Shown in pieces: positions 1 to 11,504 of a stretch of DNA of 64,000 nt. Each line of letters opens with the position of its first letter. The stretch's first letter is position 1. The notes beneath the pieces were generated by a model. It did not search any database, was not told the DNA's origin, and was given only the letters and a program-made list of their open reading frames with translations. Position numbers and translations under genes: made by a program. The DNA is from Isurus oxyrinchus (taxonomy: Eukaryota): assembly GCA_026770705.1 (NCBI GenBank), contig JANJGN010000042.1, positions 1,426,001 to 1,490,000 of the forward strand, in the 5' to 3' direction.

Positions 1-470
1 GATGTAACTTTTAGCGAGGAAATTAAAGGTGGAGAGAGGGAAAAGGGATTTATGAGTGAATTCCATGGCTTAGGGCCAAGGCAGTAGGCAACAAGTGATA
101 AAATTCACGGATGCAAAAGATTTGAGAATTCGAGGAGGGAAGGGCTCTCGGAGGGCTATTAGGCTGAAGGAGCTGATAGGGATGGGGATGTTGGTAGTGG
201 GGGCGGAGGCAGAGGTGGTGGAGGCCATGGAGGGAGTTTAACAACTGTGATAATCTTATTACTGATGCATTCCTTAATCAAGAGCCGATTTTTATCAGGG
301 TCAACGGGGTTGACGGGCCAACGGGACTTGTGTGCATTAGGGTACGGGCAACAGCATTTGGCTTGAGCTCCTATTTATGGATGGTGGACTCTGAGAGGAT
401 GGTCAGGAAGCCATTGGAATATTCAGGTCTAGAGGTGACAAAGGGATGGATGGGAAGTTTAGTCCACTGT
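1..470 (-). mobile_element. Degenerate L2-type LINE fragment
   Basis: Resembles 59650-60280 (gagtgaattcca..cttagggcc, purine-rich antisense), where an L2-like RT ORF remnant is visible. Confidence 0.5.
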
Positions 471-489
471 CTTGTTATGATGACCCAGA

Positions 490-1060
490 AACAGGGAATA
501 ATCAATTACGTTTCTGCTCCCATGTCTGTCGGTGTCTTATAGGGCCAGTAACAAGGAATCACTCCGAGGGATTGTGCTCGCTTGGCTGCTTGTGTCATAT
601 AAACACAGCAGCTGGAGATAATGCCCAGGGCTTGTGAATCAATGTGTGTCTGTGTGACTTGGGACCAGCCCCTTGGAATCATTAACAAGACTTGTGATTA
701 ACGGGCACTTCGTATGAGATAATCCCTGCACCTAGAAGAAATTCCCAGGTTTTGAGCAACTAAACGGTCATCCAGGTTCTGGGGACAATTCCCAGCGTTT
801 ATGTTCTCTGCTGAGTCTGCTAGGCCTACGTGTTTGATACTAATCCCAGGATCTATGCTCCGTGATGCTTCTAATATCCCCCAGTCTCTAGGAATCACAT
901 CCAGGGTTTGTGCACCCTAGAGCGTCAGGTGCACCACAGGCTCTCGGAATCATTCCTTTGGTTTCTGCCACAATAGCGTCATGCTCTGAGAATCATTCCT
1001 AGGATTCACACCCTGGTACTTCAGAGAGGATACAGGTTCTGGGAATCAATCTCAAGTTAT
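490..1060. repeat. Degenerate tandem repeat (GGAATCATTCCCAGG-like core, ~45-bp spacing)
   Basis: More than 10 recurrences of ggaatca/ataatccc..agg cores. Confidence 0.55.
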
Positions 1061-2346
1061 TAATTCATTTGAAATGAAAGTCAATATACCCAATGGTATA
1101 TTGAACCTGGACTGCTTGGGCATATTGTTGCTGGGCAGATCTTTGTATAAAAACGCTCCTTTGCGAACACCTGGGTTCTTGTTGCCTTTCTATCAGCGGG
1201 CTGGAAACTGATTGTTGAAGTTTCTGCACAGCAGCCACAGATGTTTCCTGTCAATTGCAATGTGACTTATCGCTCCTCCCTGATGATAGATTTCTGGGAT
1301 CCTGCCAATTTCTGTGGAGCAGACATATGGGATGAACGTGTTATTCAACAAACTGGGAATAAATTCATCAGTTAATGAATCGTTAGGCAATGTCGATCTA
1401 AATTGTGTTTCTCATGAGATGATATTAAGGAAACTGCGTTTTGTGAATGGCATGTTCCAAACAGAATAAATGTGAGATCAACAGTTTGGGATTTTAATTA
1501 ATTAAGGCCAATTTGATTGTGATAATTGCGAAGTTCCTTTACAATCCTGTAGAAGGGAATGCCAGCTGAGCTGGTATCACACAGAAACAAAGAACACATT
1601 AACTACAATGATACCAATATTTGATTCCTTAAATAAGTTTCTATTTTACCCAATAACCTGCAGTTGGCAGAGCGACAGCCCCAGTCTGCAGACTGACTGC
1701 GAACTCAAATTATTCACTGAAATGTTAGTACAATTATAATGGCAGGCTTTATAATTTCATATGTAACCTGTTGGTACAGTTTGTGTTGGCATCTGAAAAG
1801 CTGAACTTTAATTGCACAATAAATTCAATGATTTCTCTTCCTTGGTGAAAAATAACAACTTTAAAAAAAAATCAAACTCGTGATGCCCCAAATCTCTGAA
1901 TATAATTTCTGGTTCAGTGGTTACAGCCTGATCGATATTGTTTTATCTGCATTGCTAAATATCCCCATGGTTTGTGGGATGCATATGTCGCATCAATAAG
2001 AAAGCTAGGCACGGTGATTTAATTCTCAACTAAATAGGGTTCGGCTGGACTATGCAGTCTTACCACACAAACACTCCTTGGTGTAAGTCTCAACGTCTCC
2101 CATTTAGAATCGTTCAGTGTGAAATGAAAGAGCAATATTCAGACTGGTGAACTGAGATCCTGTGGAAAATTGATTCACCAGGAATTGTTTTAAAGTGAAG
2201 CTGCACATTTTACGATGGATTATATCTGAAATTAAGTGATATTACTCCGAAACATTTCATGTTAGTGGACAAATATCATCGCTTTCTCTGGACAAATATC
2301 AGTAACATTTGTATGTTCTGTCCTACAGGTAGAGAAAAATGGAAAT

Positions 2347-2640
2347 AAGAAAGACTTGCAGTTACACTTGCATTTCACAACCACAGGATACCTTATAGCT
2401 CTTCAAAGGCAATGAAGATTTTCTATTTCTAAATATATAATCAACAACGTAGTGCATGGAAACGTGGCCGTGAATTCACACACAGCAAGATCCAATAAAC
2501 TGCATTGCGATAAATCACCAGATAATCTGATTTTGGGATGTTGCCTGAGTGATAAATATTGGCCTTGGACACAGGGGAGATCTCTCCTGATCTTTGAAAT
2601 AATTCCATGGGAGCGTTTACATTCATCTGAGAGGAATTGG
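2347..2640 (-). mobile_element. DeuSINE (SacSINE1-like) fragment
   Basis: Reverse complement matches the recalled Deu-domain SINE 3' half (gccaatatttatc..cagattatctgg..tgcaagtctttc). Related pieces at ~11970-12120 (-) and ~39400-39725 (+). Confidence 0.65.
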
Positions 2641-2925
2641 ACACTTAGCACATGTGAGGTGTTTATTGGGAATGCAAAGATTCGCGCTGAATCAATTTAA
2701 AACTGAGGCTGCTTTGGAAAGAGAGTATCACATCCCAAAGCATTAACAGACAATCTAAAAAGATATGTTTGTGGAACACGGAATATTAATGGTTAATCAT
2801 TGTTTAAACAGCTGGACTCAGACAGGAAAAAGGAGGAGGAGCCAGGCTGTTAACTGGGGGAGGAGAGTGACTCCCATTCTCCAGCTCTGTCTCTCTCTCT
2901 CTCTCTCTTATTTGACTCTAGCTGG

Positions 2926-2933
2926 TATAAATA
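2926..2933 (+). promoter_or_regulatory. VH promoter TATA box
   Basis: TATAAATA ~98 bp upstream of the leader ATG, preceded by a (CT)n tract. There is no perfect octamer nearby, consistent with elasmobranch IgH promoters. Confidence 0.75.
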
Positions 2934-3023
2934 GCGGGACGGTTCAGCTCCTGGTTCACAATCCGCAGGTGTCACTGCGACGGAGAGTCACGCTCCTGAA
3001 TCAGTTATACCTAGAGACTGAAG

Positions 3024-3069
3024 ATGGGATTTGCGCTGTGCCTTTGCTTCTTATTGGCTTGCTTCACCT
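3024..3069 (+). CDS. IGHV: Ig VH leader exon (MGFALCLCFLLACFT)
   Basis: ATG at 3024, hydrophobic signal peptide, phase-1 donor T|GTGAGT at 3070. Confidence 0.93.
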
Positions 3070-3194
3070 GTGAGTATTCCTGACTGTATAAGTGATACAA
3101 TAAAGTCTGCTTCTTGTCTGATATCGTGTTGCTATTTAAGTTCAATGATTTGATTGTTTTCTAATGTAATTACATTTTTTCCATTCGGTAACAG

Positions 3195-3496
3195 ATGTCC
3201 AATCCGCCATTGTGCTGACTCAGCCGGCTGCAGAGACCGCTAAGCCGGGACAATCTCGCAAACTGTCCTGTTCGGTGAGCGGGTTCAGTCTGGACAGCTA
3301 CTATGTGAACTGGGTTAAACAAGTTCCTGGGAAAGGGCTGGAGTGGCTCCTTGCTTACAGAAAACCCTCGGATACCACGTATTACGCGCCTGGAGTCGAA
3401 GGTCGAATCATCCCATCAAGAAATTCGTCCACATTTTACATTGAGATCAAAAATCTGAGAACCGAAGACACCGCGAGGTATTATTGTGCAGGAGGC
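3195..3496 (+). CDS. IGHV: Ig VH exon (YVQS|AIVLTQP...YYCAG), IgW-like V domain
   Basis: Acceptor acag| at 3194; canonical Cys, WVKQ..GKGLEW and EDTARYYC motifs; followed directly by an RSS. Confidence 0.96.
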
Positions 3497-3535
3497 CACA
3501 GCGAACTGAACAAGCCCAGAACTCGTACATAAACC
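3497..3535 (+). other. VH 3' recombination signal sequence (23-bp spacer)
   Basis: CACAGCG (3497-3503), 23 nt, ACATAAACC (3527-3535). Confidence 0.93.
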
Positions 3536-3891
3536 GCAGAAGAATAATTACAGCGAATCATAAGTCAGTATTAGCTCAAAATAGGTTAAGAGATGTGTTT
3601 GAACCTAGCTTGAAAAGTTACATTTTCCAAGGAAATAAAGTGGTGAATAATAAAAACCAAAAATGACTAATTCTGTATATTAAAGAGCATAGATACCGCT
3701 TAGAATGTGCACAACTGATGACTAGGAGCCAAATGGAAATATTAACAAATTATTAGGTGAATGGGGATAATTTTAGCCCAAAGTTCTGCTCCTGAGTAAA
3801 ACTCTTGGATGAATTGCAATCAAAATCTACAAACCTTCTGCTGACTGAAAGGTTTTATTTATACACTGACTTACAGTCAGTGTGTGAGAGC

Positions 3892-3971
3892 AGTATTTGT
3901 GCCGGCTTGTGTCACTGTGTTACTACATTGGGTCACGGTGCTGTGTATAGCGAACTCCTCATACAAATACC
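3892..3971 (+). other. D1 segment TTACTACATTGGGT (3920-3933) with 5' 12-RSS and 3' 22-RSS
   Basis: AGTATTTGT-12-CACTGTG | D1 | CACGGTG-22-ACAAATACC; all three frames open (LLHW, YYIG, TTLG). Confidence 0.93.
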
Positions 3972-4286
3972 CCAGAGAGGGAGTTTGATCAAATCTGCGA
4001 TCCGTATCACAGCAGGAAAATCAAATAAAATAAATATGACCAACAATAAGGGTTTGAAGGAACACTGAATTGCGAAAAATGTATAAAAGTCTCCATTTTT
4101 TACTAATTTTGATTGTCTTGCTAAATAGGGGCACAGATGTTAAAGGCATATTTCGGTCCGTTTATAAACATAATGAAAAATTCTAACTGAAATATCACAG
4201 TGATGTATTCCTCGAGTATTCAGTATCAGGTTTCTCAGGCCGCTGTGGATTTGAATCTCTGTATTTCTCATTTAACAGTCCGCCGC

Positions 4287-4356
4287 ATTTTTTGTCATGG
4301 TGCGTCTCACAGTGATACAACTGGATGGCACAGCCGTTACTGTTAATGCAAAAACC
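4287..4356 (+). other. D2 segment ATACAACTGGATGG (4315-4328) with 12-RSS on both sides
   Basis: ATTTTTTGT-12-CACAGTG | D2 | CACAGCC-12-GCAAAAACC; all three frames open. Confidence 0.92.
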
Positions 4357-4678
4357 TCATCGGGCTAATTGATTGCATTTCGGTCGATGCATTTTGTTTT
4401 TTTACAATACAACCATTTTAACCAAAGCCCAAACTGTGCCTGGAACTTCCCAATTGACAGGTTTCAAGAGGTGCTAGTGTGTTACTTATTAAATCATTGG
4501 CTGCTGCTTTCAATGCATGATCATCAGTTACTCTGTGAAATACAGAAAAAGTGTAATTTATAAACTTTAGAAATTCTTTAACAAATTTACTATTTTGATA
4601 AAGCAGGTCATGACTTTACTCTGCCTCTCCGCTCGGAATTTAAACTAATATTGAATTTCTCCCCTTGTGTGCAGAACT

Positions 4679-4717
4679 GGTTATTGTGTGACCCAGACCA
4701 GCGAATATAACACTGTG
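4679..4717 (-). other. JH 5' RSS (23-bp spacer)
   Basis: GGTTATTGT (4679-4687), 23 nt, CACTGTG (4711-4717). Confidence 0.92.
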
Positions 4718-4765
4718 ACTATGCTGGCTACTGGGGACAAGGGACCATGGTGACGGTGACTGCAG
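4718..4765 (+). CDS. IGHJ: JH segment (YAGYWGQGTMVTVTA)
   Basis: WGQG motif; donor G|GTAAG at 4766. Confidence 0.96.
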
Positions 4766-6644
4766 GTAAGAAACATGCCTTCATTCTGTGCTGTTGGATT
4801 TGCTTCATTGTCTCATATTTGTTTATTTTAGACATTAATGTGTTAACCGAAACTTTGCATTGGTGGATTCTGTGTTTACAATGTTTCATTTAATTCTGCC
4901 GCAAAGGGATTTAACAATTGCTTCTCGGCAAAAAAAAAACAATGGGAGTTTTAAGGACTTGTTTGAGTGATTTGTCTTTTATCTGCTGATGAGGCTTTGT
5001 GCCTGGCTTACTTTAAATACTTGAGTTTTGTTAAAGAATTTGGTGTTTCTACTGCTGCAAGTTTTGTAATCGACTGAAAGTATTGTGTTTAAAAGTGTTG
5101 GAAATAAGATTGTAGACAGGAAAACGAGTGCTATCAAGGTCAAAATGTCTTTTTAAACTATGGATTTTATAATAAATGTTTGTCATGTTTATTTGTGTTA
5201 ACTGCGCTGAAAAATATCAATATAAGGTTGACGAACTTTCACCTTAAATAAGTGAAATGCTACGATAAGTAGGAACAACAGAGTTAACAAATTTCCTGCC
5301 AGAATCAGGCTTAAATTAATACAACTTGAAACATTATAATGCTGTAATATTCCTCCCCATATTACTAAAGTATACCGTGAAAATCAAACAATGCATTAAA
5401 CATGACCCATCGAAATACAATTCTTCTGCCATTGTTTCATATTTCTGTTTATTTTAATAAATGACTTGTTCAATGAAAGATGATTTCAGTGCGATGTATT
5501 GAGGTTTATTTGAAATGTTGCATCTGATTCTGCTGAAAGGACTTAGGTAATTAAGCAGTTGTTGGATTCAGTCCCTCGGTGTTCTGATTTGGTGCTAAGT
5601 GCTAAGGAGAGTATGTGCCTTGGGTTACTTTGAACAGTTAAAGCTCGTGGAACTGTTTGATGATTCTACAACGTGTAATGTCGATCACATCAAACATGTG
5701 TTGGTTATGTGCTTAAACCATTGTGAAGGAGGGTTATAGTTACAAAGCAAACAGGCTTTTTAATCAATATTGAAAGATATATTGATGCATTTTTATTTCA
5801 GTGCCAATTGCAGATTGAACAATTAATATTTTGTTTCTGATACTCCTATTTAATACTTGAGGTAATAATGCAATGCTAAAGTACATAACCAGCGAAGTTC
5901 AACTGTGATGGGGAGTTAAATGAATATAACTCAAACGACTATAATGCGACAATATTTCCCAAGATTACAACAATAAAAAATAATATTGTTAGACATTTAG
6001 CAGATAAAATGTGCTATCCACAACAATGCTGCAAAACGCAGCACAATTAATAGCAGCCGGACAAATGCAAAGGTTCCAGCAATTTCCATTTTTTTTTTAA
6101 TATAAAACACACTGATCGCACTGCAGTATTTAGTTCAAACAGTGATTTTAAATTAATTGGTTCCTCCCTGGTTTATGCAGGTTGAAAGGTGCTAATTATT
6201 TATCAATATTAAATGCGTTTCAGCTGGCTAATTTAATATATCTGCCGGGTTGTTGAACCTTTGCTGTGCAGCCAAACAGTTCCTTGAATTTTAGCCCATT
6301 ATCACTAAGCTAATCTTAAACGGTTTGCAGTTAATGAATTGCTCAATAATACTCAAATTCAAAGAAAGTTCAGAATGCATAAGGCTGGAGATGGACAAAC
6401 ATTGCTATTGAAGCAGGTTGGCTGAATTATAAATGTAACTTCTGAATTGAAGAACAGCAACTAATCTTGCAGAGCTGTGAGATATCCGGGTTGAATTAAA
6501 TGGGAGCTACCTTTAATTCTCATTAAAATCGTTGTTCTGTTTGCTCGCAGAGTTTCAGTGTCTCGGGTGATGCAAAGGAATTGTTATCTCTCAGTTCTGC
6601 ATTGATGATTGTGGATCTTCATTTCAATAAGTAGCATTATATAT

Positions 6645-6840
6645 TTAAACAGAAAATGCTGAATAAAACCTCAGCATGACTGGCAGTATCTGTCCATGGA
6701 GAAGCAGAGATCTGAAGAAGAGTTCTACCGATTCGAAATGTTAAGTCTGTTTCTCTCTCCACTGATGCTGCCAGACGTGCTGAGTTTTGCCAGCATTTTC
6801 CGTTTTTATATCAGATTTCCAACATCCGCCGCATTTTATT
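6645..6840. mobile_element. Non-autonomous Penelope-terminus (pLTR) inverted-repeat element
   Basis: Inverted repeats 6647-6690 and 6764-6805; the terminus is homologous to the ends of the Penelope copies in this window. Confidence 0.7.
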
Positions 6841-9074
6841 TTCATTATATATTTGAAACTCATTTACGTGTAGATTACGGGAATGGTATAACAAAGCTTG
6901 GCTGTATTATTATCTAGGGGAGGCTCCGATAATGGCTACAAACTGGCAGGGATACATTAATTATTAAAAATAAAACTGCTGTTGAAATGTGGGATGATAT
7001 TTAAACTCCGGAGTCCTGCTTCAGTGACTTGAGGATGATGGACTCCATTTTTTATTACCGATATGAGTACCCGAATAGCGTTTGAACAATTTTAAGCTGC
7101 CTACTTATAAATCTATCATGTGAAATACACGTTTAGAACAGAAGAGCTTTTATGTCGTGCCAACATAATCACAAACATGAAAACTTTACCAGAGTGTAGG
7201 TATAGGACCACCTTCTTATAATTTTTGGTCATCTTAATTTATTAAAAGTAATATAATGTATTTGTCCGAAAGTGTATGGAATTATTTATTTAATTTAAGA
7301 AGTGTCACCTTAATTTAAATAAGCCTATTATTAACAAGAGACAAATCAGAAGGAGAATAAAATTATTAACAAATTTGGCATAATGGTGTTAAATATCACC
7401 AATATGAAAATAGAGTCTAAGTTCAGTACGAATTCATTACAAAAAAATCTCTCAAATGTGCTGCGCTGAGTCCAGGATTAAAGTTAAAACTCATGGTGGA
7501 GAATTTTTTAAATTATTTTCAATTAATTTGGAAAGCAACATGTTTCTTAGTCAACTGCCTTCAGCTCCATTGGATGTTGCTGTACAATTTAATTAATTAT
7601 CTTCGTGTTTTGCCTCAGGAGTTTCAATGATTATATATTAATCTGAAAGTATGTCAGTGAATAATAGGAGTACAGTGTGAATATCTCCCAATTTGTTAAA
7701 TTCTTGCTCTGTTACAATGTCCCTGTTAGAGACATCAATTACCATGAATGTAAATTATTTTGATGAACCTGTTCTCAGCCAAACTAACTCTAAGGCTGTT
7801 GTGAAAACTGCACACAGACAGGGAGAAATTAAGGCCCATCAAAGGGAAGTTTTCCATTTAGAATCAGAATAATTTCACAGAAGTGACGTGGTCATAAATT
7901 TACAAACGTTTTAATCTATTCAAACGGATTAATGGATACTGGAGAAATCTATCTTTAATAGACTGATTTTTGCATCGTTTATGTCTGTTCTGTTTCTATG
8001 TGTGTGGTCACTGTGTGGGAATCGGGAGCCTTCTGGCTGTTTGTGAACTTTCTGGTTCATTCTCCTGTAATTCAGGGAATTCATTTCGAACCATTTATTT
8101 AAGAAGTTAGTATATCCGAGAAAGGTGCAAATCTGTTCTTAAGTTTGAGAAGGTGCCTCAGAAATCAGATCAGTATTCCAGTTTGTAGAATTCAGAAGGA
8201 AAGCAAAATGTAGAAAGATATTTTTCTGTTCAGTGTTTGCTGTATCAGAGCCGGTGGTTTGTTGATGGTCCAGTCTAAGCACAAGTTTTAACTAACAATG
8301 CGGAATAGAGGGCATTTTAGAATGCATCCCACCATTACTGTTCCTGAAATACAGCGCTTCACAGGACTGTGCAAAGAGACTTTTAGTATAATTCACTTGT
8401 TCTGTATCTGACATGAGAGTGTTGGCATTGTCAATGGTCAAGGAACTTTAACCACTATCAAACATATTAATTGCTCCGAATCAGATATGTAAAAGTAAAT
8501 GCTTAAATTCCTCCAATGAAGTAGCAGATCGTTAATTTAACGTACATTTCATTCTTAAAAAAAAGCTAAGTTTGTGATGAAGGCTTGATGATTAAACATT
8601 TTCAATATGAGATAATATTTGAATCAGATTGGCCTGATCTAAAGCTCAATTTCAGGACAGTTACAGGAAGTGACGGTAACGTTACCTTCTGCGATATGAT
8701 CGAATCTGAAAATAAATTGAGCAACTTAAATGGACATTATGGTGCCTTACCCCGTGTCTCATACAAACTACGGTGGGAAGGAAAGCTGGAAAAATATGAG
8801 TTTAACTTAACTCAGTGCACAACCTGATTCCAACTGCCCGAAGGACATTTGATGAACTATCAGAGAGGCAGTTTTACTCTTGTTCCAAGGGCTTTACTAG
8901 GGCTGTGGGTTTTATGTGGAACTTCAATGTTCTTCTATCTTGTATCTAATCAGTACAGTCTGTGAACTGTAAACATTTGATTATGCGGTGGAGATGAAAC
9001 ACCTTTTTCTGGACATGTATCTATTCATGCATCCATTTTTCATCCAACGATGCAAAGATCGATATATTGAATGG

Positions 9075-9196
9075 TCTATCTATCTATCTATCGATCGATC
9101 TGTCTTTCTACATATCTGTCTACCTGCCTGTCATGTCTATCTGTCTATCTCTCTCTCTCTCTTTCTTCTATCACTCTCTATCTCTATCTCTTTCTA

Positions 9197-9234
<38 letters not shown>

Positions 9235-9512
9235 CAACCATCTGTTTATCTGCCTGTCTCTCTCTTTCTATCTCTANNNNNNNNNNNNNNNNNNNNNNNN
9301 NNNNNNNNNNNNNNNNNNNNNNNNNNNNNNNNNNNNNNNNNNNNNNNNNNNNNNNNNNNNNNNNNNNNNNNNNNNNNNNNNNNNNNNNNNNNNNNNNNNN
9401 NNNNNNNNNNNNNNNNNNNNNNNNNNNNNNNNNNNNNNNNNNNNNNNNNNNNNNNNNNNNNNNNNNNCTACCGATCTCTTTAACTCTCTATCTATCTATC
9501 TATCTGTTTATC
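9075..9512. repeat. (TCTA)n/(TC)n microsatellite spanning an assembly gap (N 9277-9467)
   Basis: Direct reading of the sequence. Confidence 0.95.
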
Positions 9513-10302
9513 TAACCAAGATAGCTGATAATAATTGATTATTTGTAAACATCATTGTGCATTGGCAAATTTGGAGAGTTAATTCAGAATTGTGATTGAC
9601 CGAAAGCTAACTATCCATGCTATCAAATAGTCTCATTGAACAATTCTGGGTCATGCTTTATAAAAGTGCTAAAAAATTGCCTGTAAGTAATGAAACTAGT
9701 CGATCCACCCGTTGGAGTTACATAATCTTTAGAGCAAATGCTGCCAAGCATCATCCAAGTTTATCCTCTGAAAACGACAACGTGTTGATCATGAAACTGG
9801 AATAGATTTGTGTAAAAACCCCTCTGGCTCACTGATGTCCTTCCTGGAAGATAATCGGCCATCCTGGCCCAGAGATAGCTAACTGTTTCTGTATTACAAT
9901 AGTCATTTGCTGGTGATAAGAGGTTGATAGTAAAATACTTTAAGCGAGAGCTCATTGGAAATAATGTGGAAGCGTGTAAAGTGAAAGTGTTTGAGGAATG
10001 ATTGATGTTTTCTTCAATAGAGGAGCAAGGGCTGGAGGAAGCCCAGGTTACAATATCCCGTATTTAACTCGCAATTATGTGGCCTCATGTAAAGTATTTC
10101 CCTTTTCCGACTTGTGCAACATCTTGTGTACAAGACTGGCCATCATGGCAGCGTGTCCTGTCGGGCATATCAACTCCTAAATGCAGTTTATTACCAGGAT
10201 ATTTTGGAAATTAATTATATCAATATTAAACTTCGAACAATTTGCTTAATTCATAATCACGAATCACATTTTTAAGTTGTTCAATTGACTCTTAATTCGC
10301 AG

Positions 10303-10602
10303 TGACACCGTCTCCCCCCACCCTCTACGCTCTGCTCTCCTCCTGTGAACAAGCAAACACTGCCGGCTCCATCACCTACGGCTGTTTGGCTGCGGACTAC
10401 TCCCCCGAAATCACCAGCGTTTCCTGGAAGAAAGATCAAGAGACGATCACAGCTGGATTGAAGACTTACCCATCAGTACTGAACAAGAAGGGAACCCACA
10501 CCCTGAGCAGCCAGTTAACCATCACCGAATCAGAGGTGGGAAGCAGCACAATCTACTGCGAGGTTCGAAGGAGCAACTCGGTCTGGCGGAAGGAGATGCC
10601 AG
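10303..10602 (+). CDS. IGHM: IgM Cmu1 exon
   Basis: cgcag| acceptor; [31 protein letters not shown], a C1-set domain with the light-chain-linking Cys; donor G|GTTCGT. Confidence 0.95.
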
Positions 10603-11504
10603 GTTCGTGTTGTGGGATGCACAGGGCGGCAGTGGCGGGCCTGGGTGAAGGGTGAACGTGGTCAGCAAATGAGTTATGTTCAAATTCTGCATCACATGGG
10701 TTAGAATGGATTGAGAATATTGTGTATAGTTCAGGTGCCCATATCACACTTAGTGCATTGTGGATACCTGTATTCTCCACATCACACTTAGTGTGATATG
10801 TACAGCTGTGATCTCCGCATCACAGTTATTGTACTGTAGACAGTTTTTTCTTCCACATCAAAATGTAGTGTACTGTGTATAATTAGGGCCTCCTTATCAT
10901 AATAGGTGTATTGTGTGCAGTTATTCCCTCCAATCATATCGAGTATACCATATGTAGTTCTGGTTTCCATGTAAGGAAAATGCTACAGGGGCGTTGCAAT
11001 CGGAGCTAAACTATTTACAAGGACATTACCAGAGCTGATAGATTACTTCTGTCATGTAACTGCGAACAGGTTGGTGGTCAATTCTCTACAAAATAAAAAA
11101 TTGTGGTGTGACCAAATAAAGGTCCTCAGACTTCTGAAATAATTTGATACATTAGACAAGAATTAGAGCTCATGTTTACAACAGAATGTTAAAAAGAAAC
11201 GATCTGAATCTTTACACAAAGAGTGAGCAGAATGTGGGAATTCCTGTAGGTGAGATGTTACCGAAACTCTGTTCAGGGGAATCTTAATAGATACATGAGG
11301 GAGATTGTAAGGGAGGTATTTTTTTTTTCTGCTGAGAGGTGAAATAGGGCGAGAGGATGTTCGTGTGGATCCTAAACTCCAGCATTGTACTATGGGGCCG
11401 GTTGGCCTGGTTCTGTCCTGTGGATTTTATGTAATTAGTTTTACAGTTTTTAATTGTTTGGTTTGAAGCAATTTTAATTCCAAATAATATATATTTTCTT
11501 GCAG

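Noticed and set aside
4196-4202. Extra CACAGTG heptamer between D1 and D2 (third D?)
   Set aside because: No nonamer at 12 or 22/23 spacing on either side
8988-9538. ORFs of 138-175 aa
   Set aside because: They run through a microsatellite and the N gap
10603-10655. ORF extensions beyond Cmu1, and similar extensions around Cmu2-4 in the ORF track
   Set aside because: Intronic read-through past clear splice sites
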